A stretch of 64,000 nt of DNA from Narcine bancroftii (GCF_036971445.1 NC_091471.1:368590001-368654000), one strand, 5' to 3'; numbered from the stretch's first letter, positions 39,050 to 53,334 are shown. Program-made: numbers and translations. The notes: generated from the letters alone by a model not told the origin.

Positions 39050-39592
39050 CAAGCAGCTATATTTCATTAGGAGCTTGAGGATTTTTTGCACGTCACCAAA
39101 GACTTGGAAATTTTTTACAGGTGCACCTGGAGAGCATTTTGACTGGTTGCATCACTGTCTGGTTTGGAGGTGCCAATACACAGGACAGGAAAAGGCTACA
39201 GAGGGTTGTGAATTCTGCCAGCGTTATCATGGGCATTAGTCTTCACTCTATTAAGGACATCTCTAAGAGGCAGTATCTCAAGAAAGCAGCATCCATTATC
39301 AAGGACCCTCGCCACTCAGGCCATGCTGATTTCTTGCTGCTAGAATCAGGAAGGAGATACAGGAACCTGAAGATAAACAACCAACTTTACAAATGCAGGT
39401 TCTTCCCCTCTGCTAATAGATTTCTGAATTTACAATGAACCACAAAACAATGACTTCAGTTTTTTTTTTGCACCAACTTACTTATTTTAAAATAAATGTA
39501 ATTTATAGCAATTTTTGCACCTGAAATGAACAATACTGCTACCGCAAAACAACAAATTTTGTGGCACGTTCATGGCAATAAACCAGACTGAT
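39050..39592 (+). mobile_element. Rex1/Babar-like LINE 3' fragment
   Basis: ESILTGCITVWFGGANTQDRKRLQRVVNSA...IIKDPRHSGH...SGRRYR...FFPSA. Ends immediately beside the JMJD6 exon 4 donor. Confidence 0.8.
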
Positions 39593-39594
39593 TA

Positions 39595-39777
<183 letters not shown>

Positions 39778-41149
39778 TCAATCAACATTACAGACATTTA
39801 ACCAGTTTTCAAACAGTCGATTAAACATGCACCAAATATTTTTCACTGTGGTTTACAAAAATAAAACAAAGCAGAAATTTATAGCCTTTCCTTTGTACAA
39901 ATCATCTGGCTGATCTCTTTTCTTGCTTGCTGCACTTTTAAGTATTAAAAGTTTGCAAATGACAACCATTTCCCAGTAGCCACATCAACTATCCCTGATA
40001 AAGGCAGAAATTCACCATCTTTGAATAGCGATGGAACAGAATTCATAATGACAATAGGTGTTAGGCTATTTAACTTTTCATTTTTTTTAAAGTATTGTTT
40101 TATTTTCCACTAAAATGTTATGAATTTGATCATGAACCTGTGATGCTTTATCTCCTGAAGGGCCTTCACCTTTGTTCCTGTCTGTAGCATCCACATGCAA
40201 TCTTCTCACTGGAAACATCACCAAAGAATCAATTCATGCCCTTGACATAACCTGTTCAATCTGTTTTTATAATCAAGAATCCAAAGGTTTGAACCTTGAG
40301 ATCCAGTACCTACACCAAATATAAACCAATTTCCTTAATTAGGTCAGAATTAACTCACACCCAAAGAAAGAATTGGAAGCACTGCAATTTGTCTGCTGCA
40401 GCAATGGTTCCCCAATCCACTGGCTCTCCACTCAACCCTGGACCACCTGGACAACAGTAATATATACATCAAGTGGCTTTTCATTGATTATAGCTCAGCT
40501 TTCAACATCATTGTCCCTTCAGTACTGGTCAGCAAGCTTCAGACCTGGGATGCTAAACCTCCCTCTACAACTGGATCCTCGTCGTAAGTACAGTCAGTAT
40601 GAATTGGGAAAAGTCTCCTCCTCAATGACAATCAAGATAGGAGCACCTCAAGGATATGTACTTATCCCACTGCTCCACCTTCCTCTGCACCCATGTCTGT
40701 GTGGTTAGGCACAATTCAAATGCCATTCACAAATTTGTCAATGACTTCTTGGTCATCGGCAGAATCACAGTAATACAGGAGTGAGATAAAGGAGCTCGTT
40801 GAGTAGTGTAACAACACAAACTGCACCCAATGTTTGCAAACAATCCTACTCTTAATTATGGATTTCATGATGGGGAAAATCAGGACACAAACCAGTCCTC
40901 TTTGAGGGGTCAGCAGTCACAAAGGTCAAGAACTTTAAATCTAGGGTGTCAATATCTGAGGATCTATCCTGGGGCCTCAATGTTGTTGCAATCACAAAGA
41001 AGACTTGCAAGCAGCAATATATCGCAAGGAGATTTAGTGTGTCACCAAAGGCTCTTGCAAATTTCTACAGGTATATTGTGGAGAGCATTCTGACTGATTG
41101 CATTTCTGTCTGGTATGAGGTGCCAATGCACAGGATAGGAAAATCTACA

Positions 41150-42649
41150 GCAGTGGTTCTCAAACTTTTTCTTTCCACTCACATACCACTTAAAGCATTC
41201 CCTATGCCATTGGTGCTCTGTGATTAGTAAGGGATTGCTTAAGGTGGTATGTGAGTCGAAAAAGTTTGAAAACCATTGTTTTAATCATATCTAATTGACT
41301 CGTTATGTGCACGGCTTCATAACTCCAAAGGAAATGGGCCCCTGACAATTTTTCTCAAGCCAAATCTTTGGCTTGGCTTCGCGGACGAAGATTTATGGAG
41401 GGGGTAAAAGTCCATGTCAGCTGCAGGCTCGTTTGTGGCTGACAAGTCCGATGCGGGACAGGCAGACACGGTTGCAGCGGCTGCAGGGGAAAATTGGTTG
41501 GTTGGGGTTGGGTGTTGGGTTTTTCCTCCTTTGCCTTTTGTCAGTGAGGTGGGCTCTGCGGTCTTCTTCAAAGGAGGTTGCTGCCCGCCAAACTGTGAGG
41601 CGCCAAGATGCACGGTTTGAGGCGAGATCAGCCCACTGGCAGTGGTCAATGGGGCAGGCACCAAGAGATTTCTTTAGGCAGTCCTTGTACCTTTTCTTTG
41701 GTGCACCTCTGTCACGGTGGCCAGTGGAGAGCTCGCCATATAACACGATCTTGGGAAGGCAATGGTCCTCCATTCCGGAGACGTGACCCACCCAGCGCAG
41801 CTGGATCTTCAGCAGCGTGGACTCGATGCTGTCGGCCTCTGCCATCTCGAGTACTTCGATGTTAGGGATGAAAGCGCTCCAATGGATGTTGAGGATGGAG
41901 CGGAGACAACGCTGGTGGAAGCGTTCTAGGAGCCGTAGGTGATGCCGGTAGAGGACCCATGATTCGGAGCCAAACAGGAGTGTGGGTATGACAACGGCTC
42001 TGTATACGCTTATCTTTGTGAGGTTTTTCAGTTGGTTGTTTTTCCAGACTCTTTTGTGTAGTCTTCCAAAGGCGCTATTTGCCTTGGCGAGTCTGTTGTC
42101 TATCTCATTGTCGATCCTTGCATCTGATGAAATGGTGCAGCCGAGATAGGTAAACTGGTTGACCGTTTTGAGTTTTGTGTGCCCGATGGAGATGTGGGGG
42201 GGGCTAGTAGTCATGGTGGGGAGCTGGCTGATGGAGGACCTCCGTTTTCTTCAGGCTGACTTCCAGGCCAAACATTTTGGCAGTTTCCGCGAAACAGGAC
42301 GTCAAGCGCTGAAGAGCTGGCTCTGAATGGGCAACTAAAGCAGCATCGTCTGCAAAGAGTAGTTCACGGACAAGTTTCTCTTGTGTCTTGGTGTGAGCTT
42401 GCAGGCGCCTCAGATTGAAGAGACTGCCATCCGTGCGATACCGGATGTAAACAGCGTCTTCATTGTTGAGGTCTTTCATGGCTTGGTTCAGCATCATGCT
42501 GAAGATTGAAAATATTTCAGTAACAATTGGGTCTAAAGCAGTGATTCTCAACCTTCCCTTCCCACTCAGAGACCACCTTACTAATCACAGAGCACCGATG
42601 GCCTAGGAATTATTTAAAGTGCTTTGTGAGTGGAAAGAAAACGGTTGAG
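41150..42649. mobile_element. hAT-like non-autonomous element built from two inverted units, interrupted by an RTE copy
   Basis: Unit CAGTGGTTCTCAAAC...GTTTGAAAACCATTG (41150-41278) and an inverted related unit CAGTGATTCTCAACC...GGTTGAG (42539-42649). Confidence 0.65.
41366..42509 (-). mobile_element. RTE-clade LINE, 5'-truncated, nested in a hAT-like element
   Basis: ORFs 41417-42214 and 42204-42551 match the same family; frameshift in a homopolymer near 42200. Confidence 0.95.
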
Positions 42650-43699
42650 TTGTGAACTCAGCCTGTACCATCATTGACATCAATCTTCACTCCATCGAGG
42701 ACATGTACAAGAGGCGGTGTCTTCAAAAAGCAGGCTCTATCTTCAAGGACGTAGAGCCTGAAGACCAACCGACACACGTCAGGAAAAAAAAACTTCTTCC
42801 CCACTGCCACATTTCTGAATCGACAATGAATCACAGACACTACCTTTTTTTCTTTTTGCACTAATTTTAAATGCAATTTAAAGCCAAATTTGAACTGTGA
42901 TGTCACACAGCAACAAATTTAATGACGTGTCCATGACAATAAATTCTTATTCTGAGCAAAATAAAGGAATGAATTGTGGTCTTCAGGAAGGGGAAATCAG
43001 GAGAATACAAAATAGTCTTCATCAAGAGGGTCAGCAGTGGAGAGGGTCAAGAACTTAAAATTCCTGGGTATCAACATCTCTGAAGATCTATTCTGGGGCT
43101 ATCAAGTCAAAGCAATCATGAAGGCAGCAATTGCATTTAGTTTGGAGTTTGAGAATGGAATGTCACCAAAGACCCTTGCAAATTGCTGCAAGTGTAATGT
43201 CAGCATTCTGACTGGTTGCACCACTCCGATTATGGAGCTGTCAATGCACAGGACAGGGAAAGGCTTCAGAGGATTGTGAACTCAGCCAGCACCATCATGG
43301 GCATTAACCTTCTCTCCATTAAGAACATCTTTAAGAGGCAGTGTTTAAGAAAGCAACCTCTATCATCAATGACCCTCACCACCCAGGGCATGACCTTTTC
43401 TCACTGCTACCATTAGGAAGGAGAGGCATACCCAACATGACAAACAGCTTCTATTCTGCTCTCAGATTTCTGAACAAATACTACCTCACTTTTTTTTTTG
43501 CACTATTTTTAAATATGGGTACTCCACCACGTACGACTGTAATTCGGACCGGAGGATCGGTGACAACTCGAAATCGATAAAGGTGGACAATAACCTGCAG
43601 AATTTATACAAATTGAATTACCTTCCCTTGCTTGGAAAGATTTACATAGATGATGGGCAGGATCAGTTGTACTAAGAGGAATGTGATGCCAAGACTGCA

Positions 43700-45090
43700 A
43701 TGTTTCTTTCAATCCTTGCCCATTCTTATAGCATTGTTTTTTTTTAAAAAAAGCACTGAATAAGCACGTCAGATAATTTATATGGAATTCTAAGTGCCAA
43801 GAATCTCCATGGAAAAGCTTCCATGGGATTATTCATTGGGTAGACTACGATTGATCAACTAATAAAATATTATTTGGATGTCCAATTGAAATTTATAGCT
43901 TTTTTTTGAGGGAAGAGATATTTCTGATTGGGCTCAAATTGATCTACACATGGCAGGTGAGAAGATACAAATGGAATTTTAAATTATTGTCTGGAAAGAC
44001 AGATAACCCCATTCATCTGGATATGGCAGCAAATTAATAAATGTATAAGTCCAAAAGTGGAATTATCTTCAAAAACACGTATCAAAATGAGTTAATACCA
44101 ATGAAAGAAAAGCCTAGACATTCGGCACCATAAAGGGATCAGGTATATCGAGGATTTTATGACATTTGAACAGCTTAAATTAAAAGATACCATTTGTCAT
44201 ATAGAACTATCTTCAATTAAGATCTTTTTTAAGAGATAGTTTAGGACCAGCCATGAGCCTGACAATATGTAGTGACATGGAGCTTCTTCAAAAGAGGATC
44301 ACAAGTTAATTTATATCCAAGATGTATTTCCTATTGCAGGGCAATAGCCCAAAATCGGACTTGCACAGATCAAGGGAAAGGTGGGAGACGGACAGGGGGG
44401 AAAAAGAATTCAAAATTTTGCTCTGATAATATGCTATTAATGTCAATTATAGATTGGTACAATACAACTTTATGCACCAATTGTATCTTATACCACAAAA
44501 AAAATAGTTTAAAATCTGAAATTCCAGACTCGTGTTTATATAGGTTATACATTCAACCTGGCTATACATGTAAGTAAGATTCTTTGGTATAACTTGGCAG
44601 AAATGTTCACAAAAATTATAGAAGTGGATTTTCGATGGGAACCAGAACTGTACTTATTGAACAACCTTATGGTTATTGGTACAAAGGTATCAAAATATAA
44701 AATACAGTTCATGAGGATTGCACTACCAGAAGCCAGGAAATGTATAGAAGTTCAACTCCTCCCTTCTTATTACTTGCTGTAATATGGAAACGCAAAGTTA
44801 TGCCCCCCCTGGAAAAGATAACAATCTTAGAAAGATATGTGTTTGTTAAAATATGGCAAACTTATTTGAATCATATTGGCTCAAGGATATAATTAACTTC
44901 CCCGAAAAGGTTTAAATGACAGTCAAAAATTGTTGAATTCCTGAAGATCAAGATTATAGACTAAATAATGAAGGGGGCGGGGGAAAGAGTTGAGATTTAG
45001 GAAATTATGAGATTAGTTTTAAAATACAATTTATATATGTAATAATGTTTTATGAGTCTTGGAAATATTAAAAATTTTTTTTTAAAAAGC
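43700..45090 (+). mobile_element. Decayed L1-clade ORF2 fragment
   Basis: Disrupted peptides such as FIWNSKVPRISMEKL and FMRIALPEARKCI resemble the L1-like ORF2 C-terminal half seen at 56.2-56.9 kb. Boundaries approximate. Confidence 0.6.
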
Positions 45091-45223
45091 ACAAAAGGTA
45101 ATTTTTCAAAATTATTCGTGGTTACATTGGAGAAATACAGATAAATAATTTTCAAGCGGGTCCACATCATTTTTTATAATGAATCATCAGCTTCAGCGTA
45201 GACCAATTAAACTAGTGCTCTTA

Positions 45224-45550
<327 letters not shown>

Positions 45551-47469
45551 TTACTTTTATATTCATTCTTGCAATGCAAGGTTTCATTGTGTTGATCCAG
45601 ATGTTATTCCTTATGTTTTATTAGAATACACCACAGAAATATTCTACTTGCAAGATAGCTTTGATTTTTATTCTTACAAAAGTACTCAGAATTATAATGA
45701 ATTATAAATGTCTATGGACTGAGTAAATAAATGAAAATTGCCAGATGAGTAAAAGATACACATGAAACTTGTTCACTTTATCAAGATGACACAAGATTTG
45801 TAATTTCACTGTTCACTACCCATCCTGAACTTTATACAAATTATACGTCAATCTTCATTAGGTCTGTGTCCTGCTAAACTGAACTAATTTCCTGGTCCTC
45901 TAAATAGATCCCTCAGTGGCCTTGATTTTCTCCAACTTGAAATCCCCTTCACTGTTCAGATTCAAGTTCTGCAAATTTCCTTCCATTTTGTTTTCTCTGC
46001 AAGTGTCTTCAACCTTTAGAATCATCCTAAAGGACTTCAAACTCAGTATCTATTTTAAAGATTGCAGGCGAATCTAAATTTTTAGATTTTTATGTTAATA
46101 ATTCTGAACTATTCCATAAGTTATTTGTAATACAACCACAAACGAACAACCTGTGACTGAGTGAAGTGGTGGATTAAAATGGCAAATTTTCATTGCAGCA
46201 ACTTCAGATTAGATGTATTTATTGTAAACATCTCACCATGAAGGAGTTGGATCATTCTCTTGATTTAATTCCATGGAAAAGGGAAAGGTACAATCAAGCA
46301 ATTTGGAACGAGGGGATGAGGTAGATTAAAATGGTAAATTTTCATTACAGCAACTATGTAACAGCATAATATGAGGTCAGAGTAGAAACGAATAGAAAAT
46401 TAAGCTACTTGTGTGGAGACAAACAACGTCAAAGGCAAGGTTTCAGATAAATTTTTGGGACAGTGGAAGGTGATATTCTCTGTTTTTAATGATTACCAAC
46501 CTCAGAATCTTGAAGCTGATTTCTGCCTCAGTACTTCTGCTAAATGGCTTTGCTCAACAAGCTCATTTGTCACAGTAAATAATCCAATACATTTTATACT
46601 GTATTGTCAAGGAAGTGATCGGAGTGGGATGCTTTAACCTGCAATCTATTCCAATGGAGAGAAAAAATGGACATAGGAGAGATTGCAGATGTTGAAACTC
46701 AGCTGATCAAGCAGCATTAGTGGGAGAAAAGGAACGGTCAACATTTTGGGCTGGAACACAGACTTTTTCTCCCGTGATGCTGCTCAACCTACTGAGTTCC
46801 TTTAACAAATTGTGTTTTGCACAGAAAGGGTAGAATTGAGAAAAGACTTGTGTCTGCGGATGCTTCTGAAAATAACATGAAAGGGACATAAATAACTGAT
46901 TTGAAAGATAACGTTCATTTTCCATACAAAAGAAAATTCTGTTGTTAAACTTAAAAATACTTGGCCCTTTTATTAAATAAATCATACTTTGTATGTTTTT
47001 CAATTCTTTGTACATTTTCTCAAGGTGTTTTTTACTATCATCGACTTTGATCAACAAACCAAGGAATGTCATTTTACTCAGTAGTTCCTTCAAAAATCTG
47101 CATATTGTCCAGCTAAGAAGCAACCAAGTTTTAAAAATAATAACAATTTGACTTCTCTTTCATCAGACACCAACCATTGCTAACTGCATAGTGGTGGCTT
47201 TCAATTTAGTGAAATGTGAAAGTCTGCAGAAGCTATGACTGTAGTATAAAAATGTACACAGAATCTTATGTCCTACATTATTGCAGCTTACATATTGTAC
47301 TCAAATGGAAATCAAGGTTCTCGAGTTTCTAATGAACCCTTCACATAATACCTTTCTTGTTACTCCAGAAATCTGACAAACAACTTTTGCCTTTTTAGAA
47401 GTTACTCTGTACACACTGAAATCACAAACGTGGGCATCAAAAAAGACTAGTTGCTTAGGCTGCCATTAA

Positions 47470-47669
47470 NNNNNNNNNNNNNNNNNNNNNNNNNNNNNNN
47501 NNNNNNNNNNNNNNNNNNNNNNNNNNNNNNNNNNNNNNNNNNNNNNNNNNNNNNNNNNNNNNNNNNNNNNNNNNNNNNNNNNNNNNNNNNNNNNNNNNNN
47601 NNNNNNNNNNNNNNNNNNNNNNNNNNNNNNNNNNNNNNNNNNNNNNNNNNNNNNNNNNNNNNNNNNNNN
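47470..47669. other. Assembly gap (200 N)
   Basis: Run of N with a round length typical of an unsized scaffolding gap. Confidence 0.99.
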
Positions 47670-48040
47670 ACGGAGGCGGTTGTGAAGGACGTGGGACCGG
47701 TCCCTCCGGCGGTTTCCCTGGTGTCCGGTCCCCGCTCTGGGCGGAACGAATGTTCGGGGACCCGCGCCCGTTCGGGAGCTGCACCAGGGAACAGCTGGAG
47801 CGGAGCAATGGCCGGAGACCCCTGGTGAGCGGCGGAACCGACCAAGGGGGGAGGGGGATGATGGATAGACGGTGAATGAGAGTCGGTCCGGGGAAGGGGT
47901 GGGGGGGCCGGGGCACCTGTACAAGGCGGGAACCCCCCACCCCTCCCCCCAGGGTCTCTCCTCCTGGGTTCCCCGTCCCCCCCCCCGGGTCCCCGTCCCC
48001 CCCCCCGGGTCCCCGTCCCCCCCCCCCGGGTCCCTCTCTC
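47670..48040 (+). promoter_or_regulatory. CpG-rich STX8 5' region, truncated by the assembly gap
   Basis: GC/CpG-rich sequence around STX8 exon 1; includes about 3 copies of a gggtccccgtcccccccc unit at about 47966-48033. Confidence 0.65.
47808..47824 (+). CDS. STX8: STX8 (syntaxin-8) coding exon 1
   Basis: gcaATG GCC GGA GAC CCC TG|GTGAG (MAGDPW) in a CpG-rich segment; phase 2, compatible with the next exon. Confidence 0.9.
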
Positions 48041-48658
48041 CTGTCATTAGAGCCAAAATCAATTCTCATTTCTCCTCTGATCAATTAACCCTTTTTGACT
48101 GTGGGTCTGGGGTCATCCTCCCCTTGCCATTCTTCAGTCCTTATTCAGATGCCTTCCTATCTTTTGCTCGTACCTTGAAGGAGACCCGAAATGTCAGTGC
48201 TATAACTTTACCTCCTCTGGAGAGACCAGCTGAGTCCCACCAGCATTTCTCTGTTTTTTTTTAATCACAATCACAGTGTCTGCAGACTTTGGTAACCCCC
48301 CTCCCGCTGCCCCCAGTGCACATTCGTAAAGCGGGATGAAAGAAACAAAAACTTTTGAAAAAACACAACACTGTAACATTTGTAGATGGAGAGGTTAAAG
48401 TTAATGTTTACAACGATGATCCTTCATCGGAAATGCTTCTGATACCTGGAGTGCACATTGTGTTCTAATGAAGGACCTGAAATGTTAACTAGTTTTAATT
48501 TTTTTTAACAACTCCTTCCATATTTGCTGTATTCACAACATTTTCTATTTGATTTCAGATTTCCAACATTTTTAGATTTTCAAATGCATTATGGGAGACA
48601 TTGCTCTTTGTCACACATCCTGATCTATGTGGGTTGGTTGGGATATAGACAGTGATGT

Positions 48659-49420
48659 AGGTGATGCCGGTAGAGGACCCATGATTCAGAGCCGAACAGG
48701 AGTGTGGGTATGACAACGGCTCTGTACACGCTTATCTTTGTGAGGTTTTTCAGTTGGTTGTTTTTCCAGACTCTTTTCTGTAGTCTTCCAAAGGCGCTAT
48801 TTGCCTTGGCGAGTCTGTTGTCTATCTCATTGTCGATCCTTGCATCACCTACGGCTCCTCGAACACTTCCACCAGCGTTGTCTCCGCTCCATCCTCAACA
48901 TTCATTGGAGCGCTTTCATCCCTAACATCAAAGTACTCGAGATGGCAGAGGTCGACAGCATCGAGTCCACGCTGCTGAAGATCCAGCTGCGCTGGGTGGG
49001 TCACGTCTCCAGAATGGAGGACCATCGCCTTCCCAAGATCCTGTTATATGGCGAGCTCTCCACTGGCCACCGTGACAGAGGTGCACCAAAGAAAAGGTAC
49101 AAGGACTGCCTAAAGAAATCTCTTGGTGCCTGCCCCATTGACCACCGCCAGTGGGCTGATATCGCCTCAAACCGTGCATCTTGGCGCCTCACAGTTTGGC
49201 GGGCAGCAACCTCCTTTGAAGAAGACTGCAGAGCCCACCTCACTGACAAAAGGCAAAGGAGGAAAAACCCAACACCCAACCCCAACCAACCAATTTTCCC
49301 CTGCAACCGTGTCTGCCTGTCCCGCATCGGACTTGTCAGCCACAAAAGAGCCTGCAGCTGACGTGGACATTTACCCCCTCCATAAATCTTCGTCCGCGAA
49401 GCCAAGCCAAAGAAAAGAAA
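48659..49420 (+). mobile_element. RTE-clade LINE with 5' inversion
   Basis: 48659-48846 is antisense and 48842-49420 is sense; 12-bp TSD AGACAGTGATGT at 48647-48658 and 49421-49432. Confidence 0.93.
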
Positions 49421-52166
49421 AGACAGTGATGTGCAATGTAGTCCTTATAAGGGATATATAATGTTTTTGATAACTGAAATCCAGTAAGGAAACCAATCGT
49501 CCTTTAACCCAAGGGACTGACTAAAATGAAATTACGAAAATGTACGAACAATGTAGTGTGAGATGGTACTTCTAAAACAAATGTATTGTGTCGTAAGTGA
49601 CTTGGCCCTTTATAAATAGTGGTTCATGCATTTCATGGTAAATTCTATAAAATATGCATTATTTGAAGCATACAAGGTAGGAAGTTTGCCATGGGTGATA
49701 GAGCCTTTAAAGGAGATAGATAGGCAGTGAAACGAGTAACAGAATAGGAGTGCAGAGTCCATTGCAAGTGACCATATGGTCTCTAAAGCTTTCATCTACT
49801 ATTACCTTTGCAATCTGCCATTGATACCACTTTGGATGCAATCTGCCATTGATACCACTTTGGATCCAACCTGCCACATTTCCTTAGATCCCTTGTGCTA
49901 TTAAGTTTTCCAATTGATGTGCCTTGTGTGACTGTCGATTATCTTGGTACCATGTAGCCTCCAGTAAATGCCTTTGATTTGCTGGCTCTCCCTGTTGCCT
50001 CCTCAAGAAATCTAATGTTTACCTTTCATGAACAAACACATGCTGACAACACTTGATTTGCCCATGTCTTCCTAAGTAATTGATGCCACCCTTTTCCTAT
50101 AATTTGCTTACAACAGATGTGAGGCTGACTGGCCAATAATTACCTGGCCTATTCCTTTATTGAAAAGCAATAAAAACTGCTGAGATTTGAAATCTGAAAT
50201 AAAACTAGCTCTACTAAAAATAAAGTTGTCCTTGGAGAGAGCAAAATGGTTAATGATTCAGGTCTTTTAGAGTTAATTGGGTGTAAATTGGGCAGCATGG
50301 ACTCTTGGGACGAAATGGCCTGTTACCGTGCAGTAGGTGTAAATTTTTTTTTAAAATGCAAAGAGAGAAAAGAGATCAGATTACAGAAGAACAACTTTTT
50401 AAAAAAACAACTCTGCTGGAAGAAATCGGCAGGTCAGGCAGCATCTCTGGAGGGGGAGATATGGTTGACATTTTGACTCCTGATTTAGGTTTACGGCCTG
50501 AAGCATTACTACCCCTCTTCCTCCACTTACGCTGCCTGATGCACTCAGTTCCTAAAATAGTTTGTTTCTTCCCCGAACCTGTTTTGTTTATTAGTGCAAT
50601 ACAAAGCAAGTTGTTATTGATCAAAAACCATATTTCCATTTTTCTTTTAAAAGGGGAACTAATGATCCACTGGAAAAGGACCAGTAAACCATTTGTTTTC
50701 ATGGATTCTAATTTGTTAGGCTTAGTTGAACCCATCAGAAAAAGCATTGTGCCATCTTTGCCTTTTCGAGTTGGAACTTCATTCAATTGAAACTTGTAGA
50801 GTTCTTAAAACTTTCTTATTGTGTCCTGAAGAGGACACAGTCGAAAGAGATTGGTTGGGTGGCAGCCACTGTGCACCTCAAAATAAAGATAGCCCAGAGT
50901 CCTGGAGCTTCCCTGAGCTTCAACCACCAACACACAAAATGCATTTTTCAAATTGCAGAGATTCAGAGATACCGGCTATAGGGTGCGCGAGTGTTGCCTC
51001 TCTGGGTTTGAACCATTGATATCGAGGGATAAATCAACGTGGGGAGGAGGGGTTGGGGATGGATTATCAGCAGTTTTCCTACTCACCCATGCATTGTCTT
51101 GCTTTGATTTAAATTGTCTTTCCTTCAGCATTGTATTCCCAGCAACAAGGCCACAGTGATTGCAGAGTAAATGTGGCCCTGGCAACATCCTGAGTGGCAA
51201 CTAAAATATAAATATTTTTCTCAGTTGAAAATTGAAGAGAATTTAAGCTTTTTTGCATAATTTAAATTTTTATCATCAAAATTCTCCTGGTTGGCTGTCA
51301 ACCATTTGATAATGCAGGGCCCCTTCCACTTTTTATCTTGATATTATTAAATCAAAGTCACAGGAGGTCAATATAATTGACTGCTGTATGAAGCATAACT
51401 GAGAAGCACCATACGAAACTAAAAATTTATAAAGAGTCATAATTTCAAGATCTTACCTTCTTTCAAAATTGAGATGACCATTCTAACTCATTACGACAAT
51501 CTGAAATTCTGAGTTGGAGTTTTATCCATTAATCACACAAGAATGTTTAGAATTTCCTTGGTACTAGAGAAAAAAAGTAGTAATGTACATCGTAGGATCT
51601 TAAAATCTAAATATAATAACTTCAAATGATCATTTGGCTTAGAAAGCCATGAATATAATTATTCCTGGTACCAAATCTGCACCTTGAAAGATTGCTTCTT
51701 TCAAATGTCTCAAAGCACTGAGGATGTTTTGTGTGGTCTGTCAACAGATTTGAGGAAAAATAACAAGTTGCTTTGTTTGTTCAGGGTGGTCATGATTTTG
51801 GACAAGCTCACTGATCCAAGTTAGGTTCAAATGCATTGTCCCATCTACCAATGTACAGTGAGAAAGTTTGTTTTGCAGTCCACTTTCAATGGATTCCTCT
51901 GATCCCCTTTCACTCAGCATTAGGCAATTGAAGGTTTAATATCTCATCTGAATGTGGGGTATTCAAATCTGCAGCACTCTTTCATTTTGACATTGAACCG
52001 CTTTAATGGGACTTGTGACGACACTTGTGACCTTTTTTTTCAGGCAAGAGGAGTGGCTTGGAACAAATGTGAGAGGCAGCCTTGTTAAATGTATTTAACC
52101 CAAAATCTAAGCATTTCTCTTCTTATTTGTTTTTGGACTTTTAAAGTTTATCCTTGATTTCTGCAG

Positions 52167-52266
52167 GGTAACAAAGTATGATTCCACCAGTCGTTTGGCA
52201 CAAGAAGTTGCTGAAAATATCCATGAACGTAATAGGGAGATGAGAACGGGAGGTAATCCTTCGAAG
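52167..52266 (+). CDS. STX8: STX8 coding exon 2
   Basis: tttctgcag|G GTA ACA AAG TAT GAT ... TCG AAG|GTACC; 100 nt. Encodes VTKYDSTSRLAQEVAENIHERNREMRTGGNPSK, resembling the syntaxin-8 N-terminus. Confidence 0.93.
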
Positions 52267-53334
52267 GTACCTATATTGTGTGGCGGTTGCCATGTTTTTG
52301 CAATTTATGTTGAACATTATTTCATTTGAAGAATGAATAGTTAAGCACTCCAGTTAGAAAAGGATCTTCTTGCTGGCATACGAAGTCACAGTCAGACCCA
52401 AGGCTCCTGATACTTTTGAGGCCTCTTTGATGGACAACACAGGGACGCAGCCAATGGAGGTGCTGCATTATAGCCCCCCAGTAATCTTGTTTGGTCCCGA
52501 CCTCTGACATTGTCTGTGTGGGGTCTCCACATTCACTCTGATTGTATGTGTTTTCTTCAGCTGTTCTGGCTTCCTCTCCCACCTGAAGTTGGTGGATAAT
52601 TATAGGCCACTATAAATTGCCCCTAATATGTAGATGAGTGGTAGAATCTTGGAGGGAGAGAGAATTGATGAGAGTGGGTAGAGAATAAAATATTACGGTC
52701 AGATCAGTGTTAACATGGATACTTGTTTGGTGTGGACTAGTGGTTCTACACACGTATCATCTTCAGTATCCCTTCCTAACCACAGAGCACCTGTGGCTTT
52801 GTATGCTATAGGTGTTCATCAATATGCCTAAAAATTTCTTATAAGCCCTTTTTGGTCAGACCCTTTTCATGTTCGTGCAGAATGTGGCCATAATTCTCTT
52901 GTTTAAATGCTTTCGCAAGCTCTGCTGTATACTTGTTAGTGAAGCGCTTGGCATAGTTCTCGAGAGAAACTCCTTGTTACCATCTTCTTCGATCTCTTTG
53001 GTTGCCACGCATGGTTATAAATTTTTAACTCGCTGTGAATGATTCTTGGTTCAAAGCCCAATGATGTTATTTGCTGGCCCTGGGAATGAATTATTCCATA
53101 CTTTGCTTATGAACTAAATTGAAACTTTATCCCATGCACCAGCTACAAAGTGAAGAGGAGCTAAATGAAGAGCAAGAAGGGCTTCCCTTCTCTGTCTGTT
53201 TTCTGAAGGAATGTCTTAAGCGGATAGTAGGTCTTAATGGTGGTTCTAATTCCCTGTTCCATCTGCTGATTTATATCATTCACAGTGGCAGGAGCAAAGC
53301 TTTGATATTTGAGCATTTGATAGTGGCAGAGGTT

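Larger units (their letters stand above)
40375..43510 (+). mobile_element. Rex1/Babar-like fragments (40375-41149 continuing at 42650-42953; second copy 42960-43510)
   Basis: GAPQGYVLIPLL, ISEDLSWG, ESILTDCISVWY and AQDRERLQRIVNSA motifs. Confidence 0.75.

Noticed and set aside
47447-48084. ORFs spanning the N run
   Set aside because: Artefacts of the gap and of GC-rich low-complexity sequence.
49810-49866. 28-bp tandem duplication (GCAATCTGCCATTGATACCACTTTGGAT x2)
   Set aside because: An ordinary local duplication in decayed repeat sequence.
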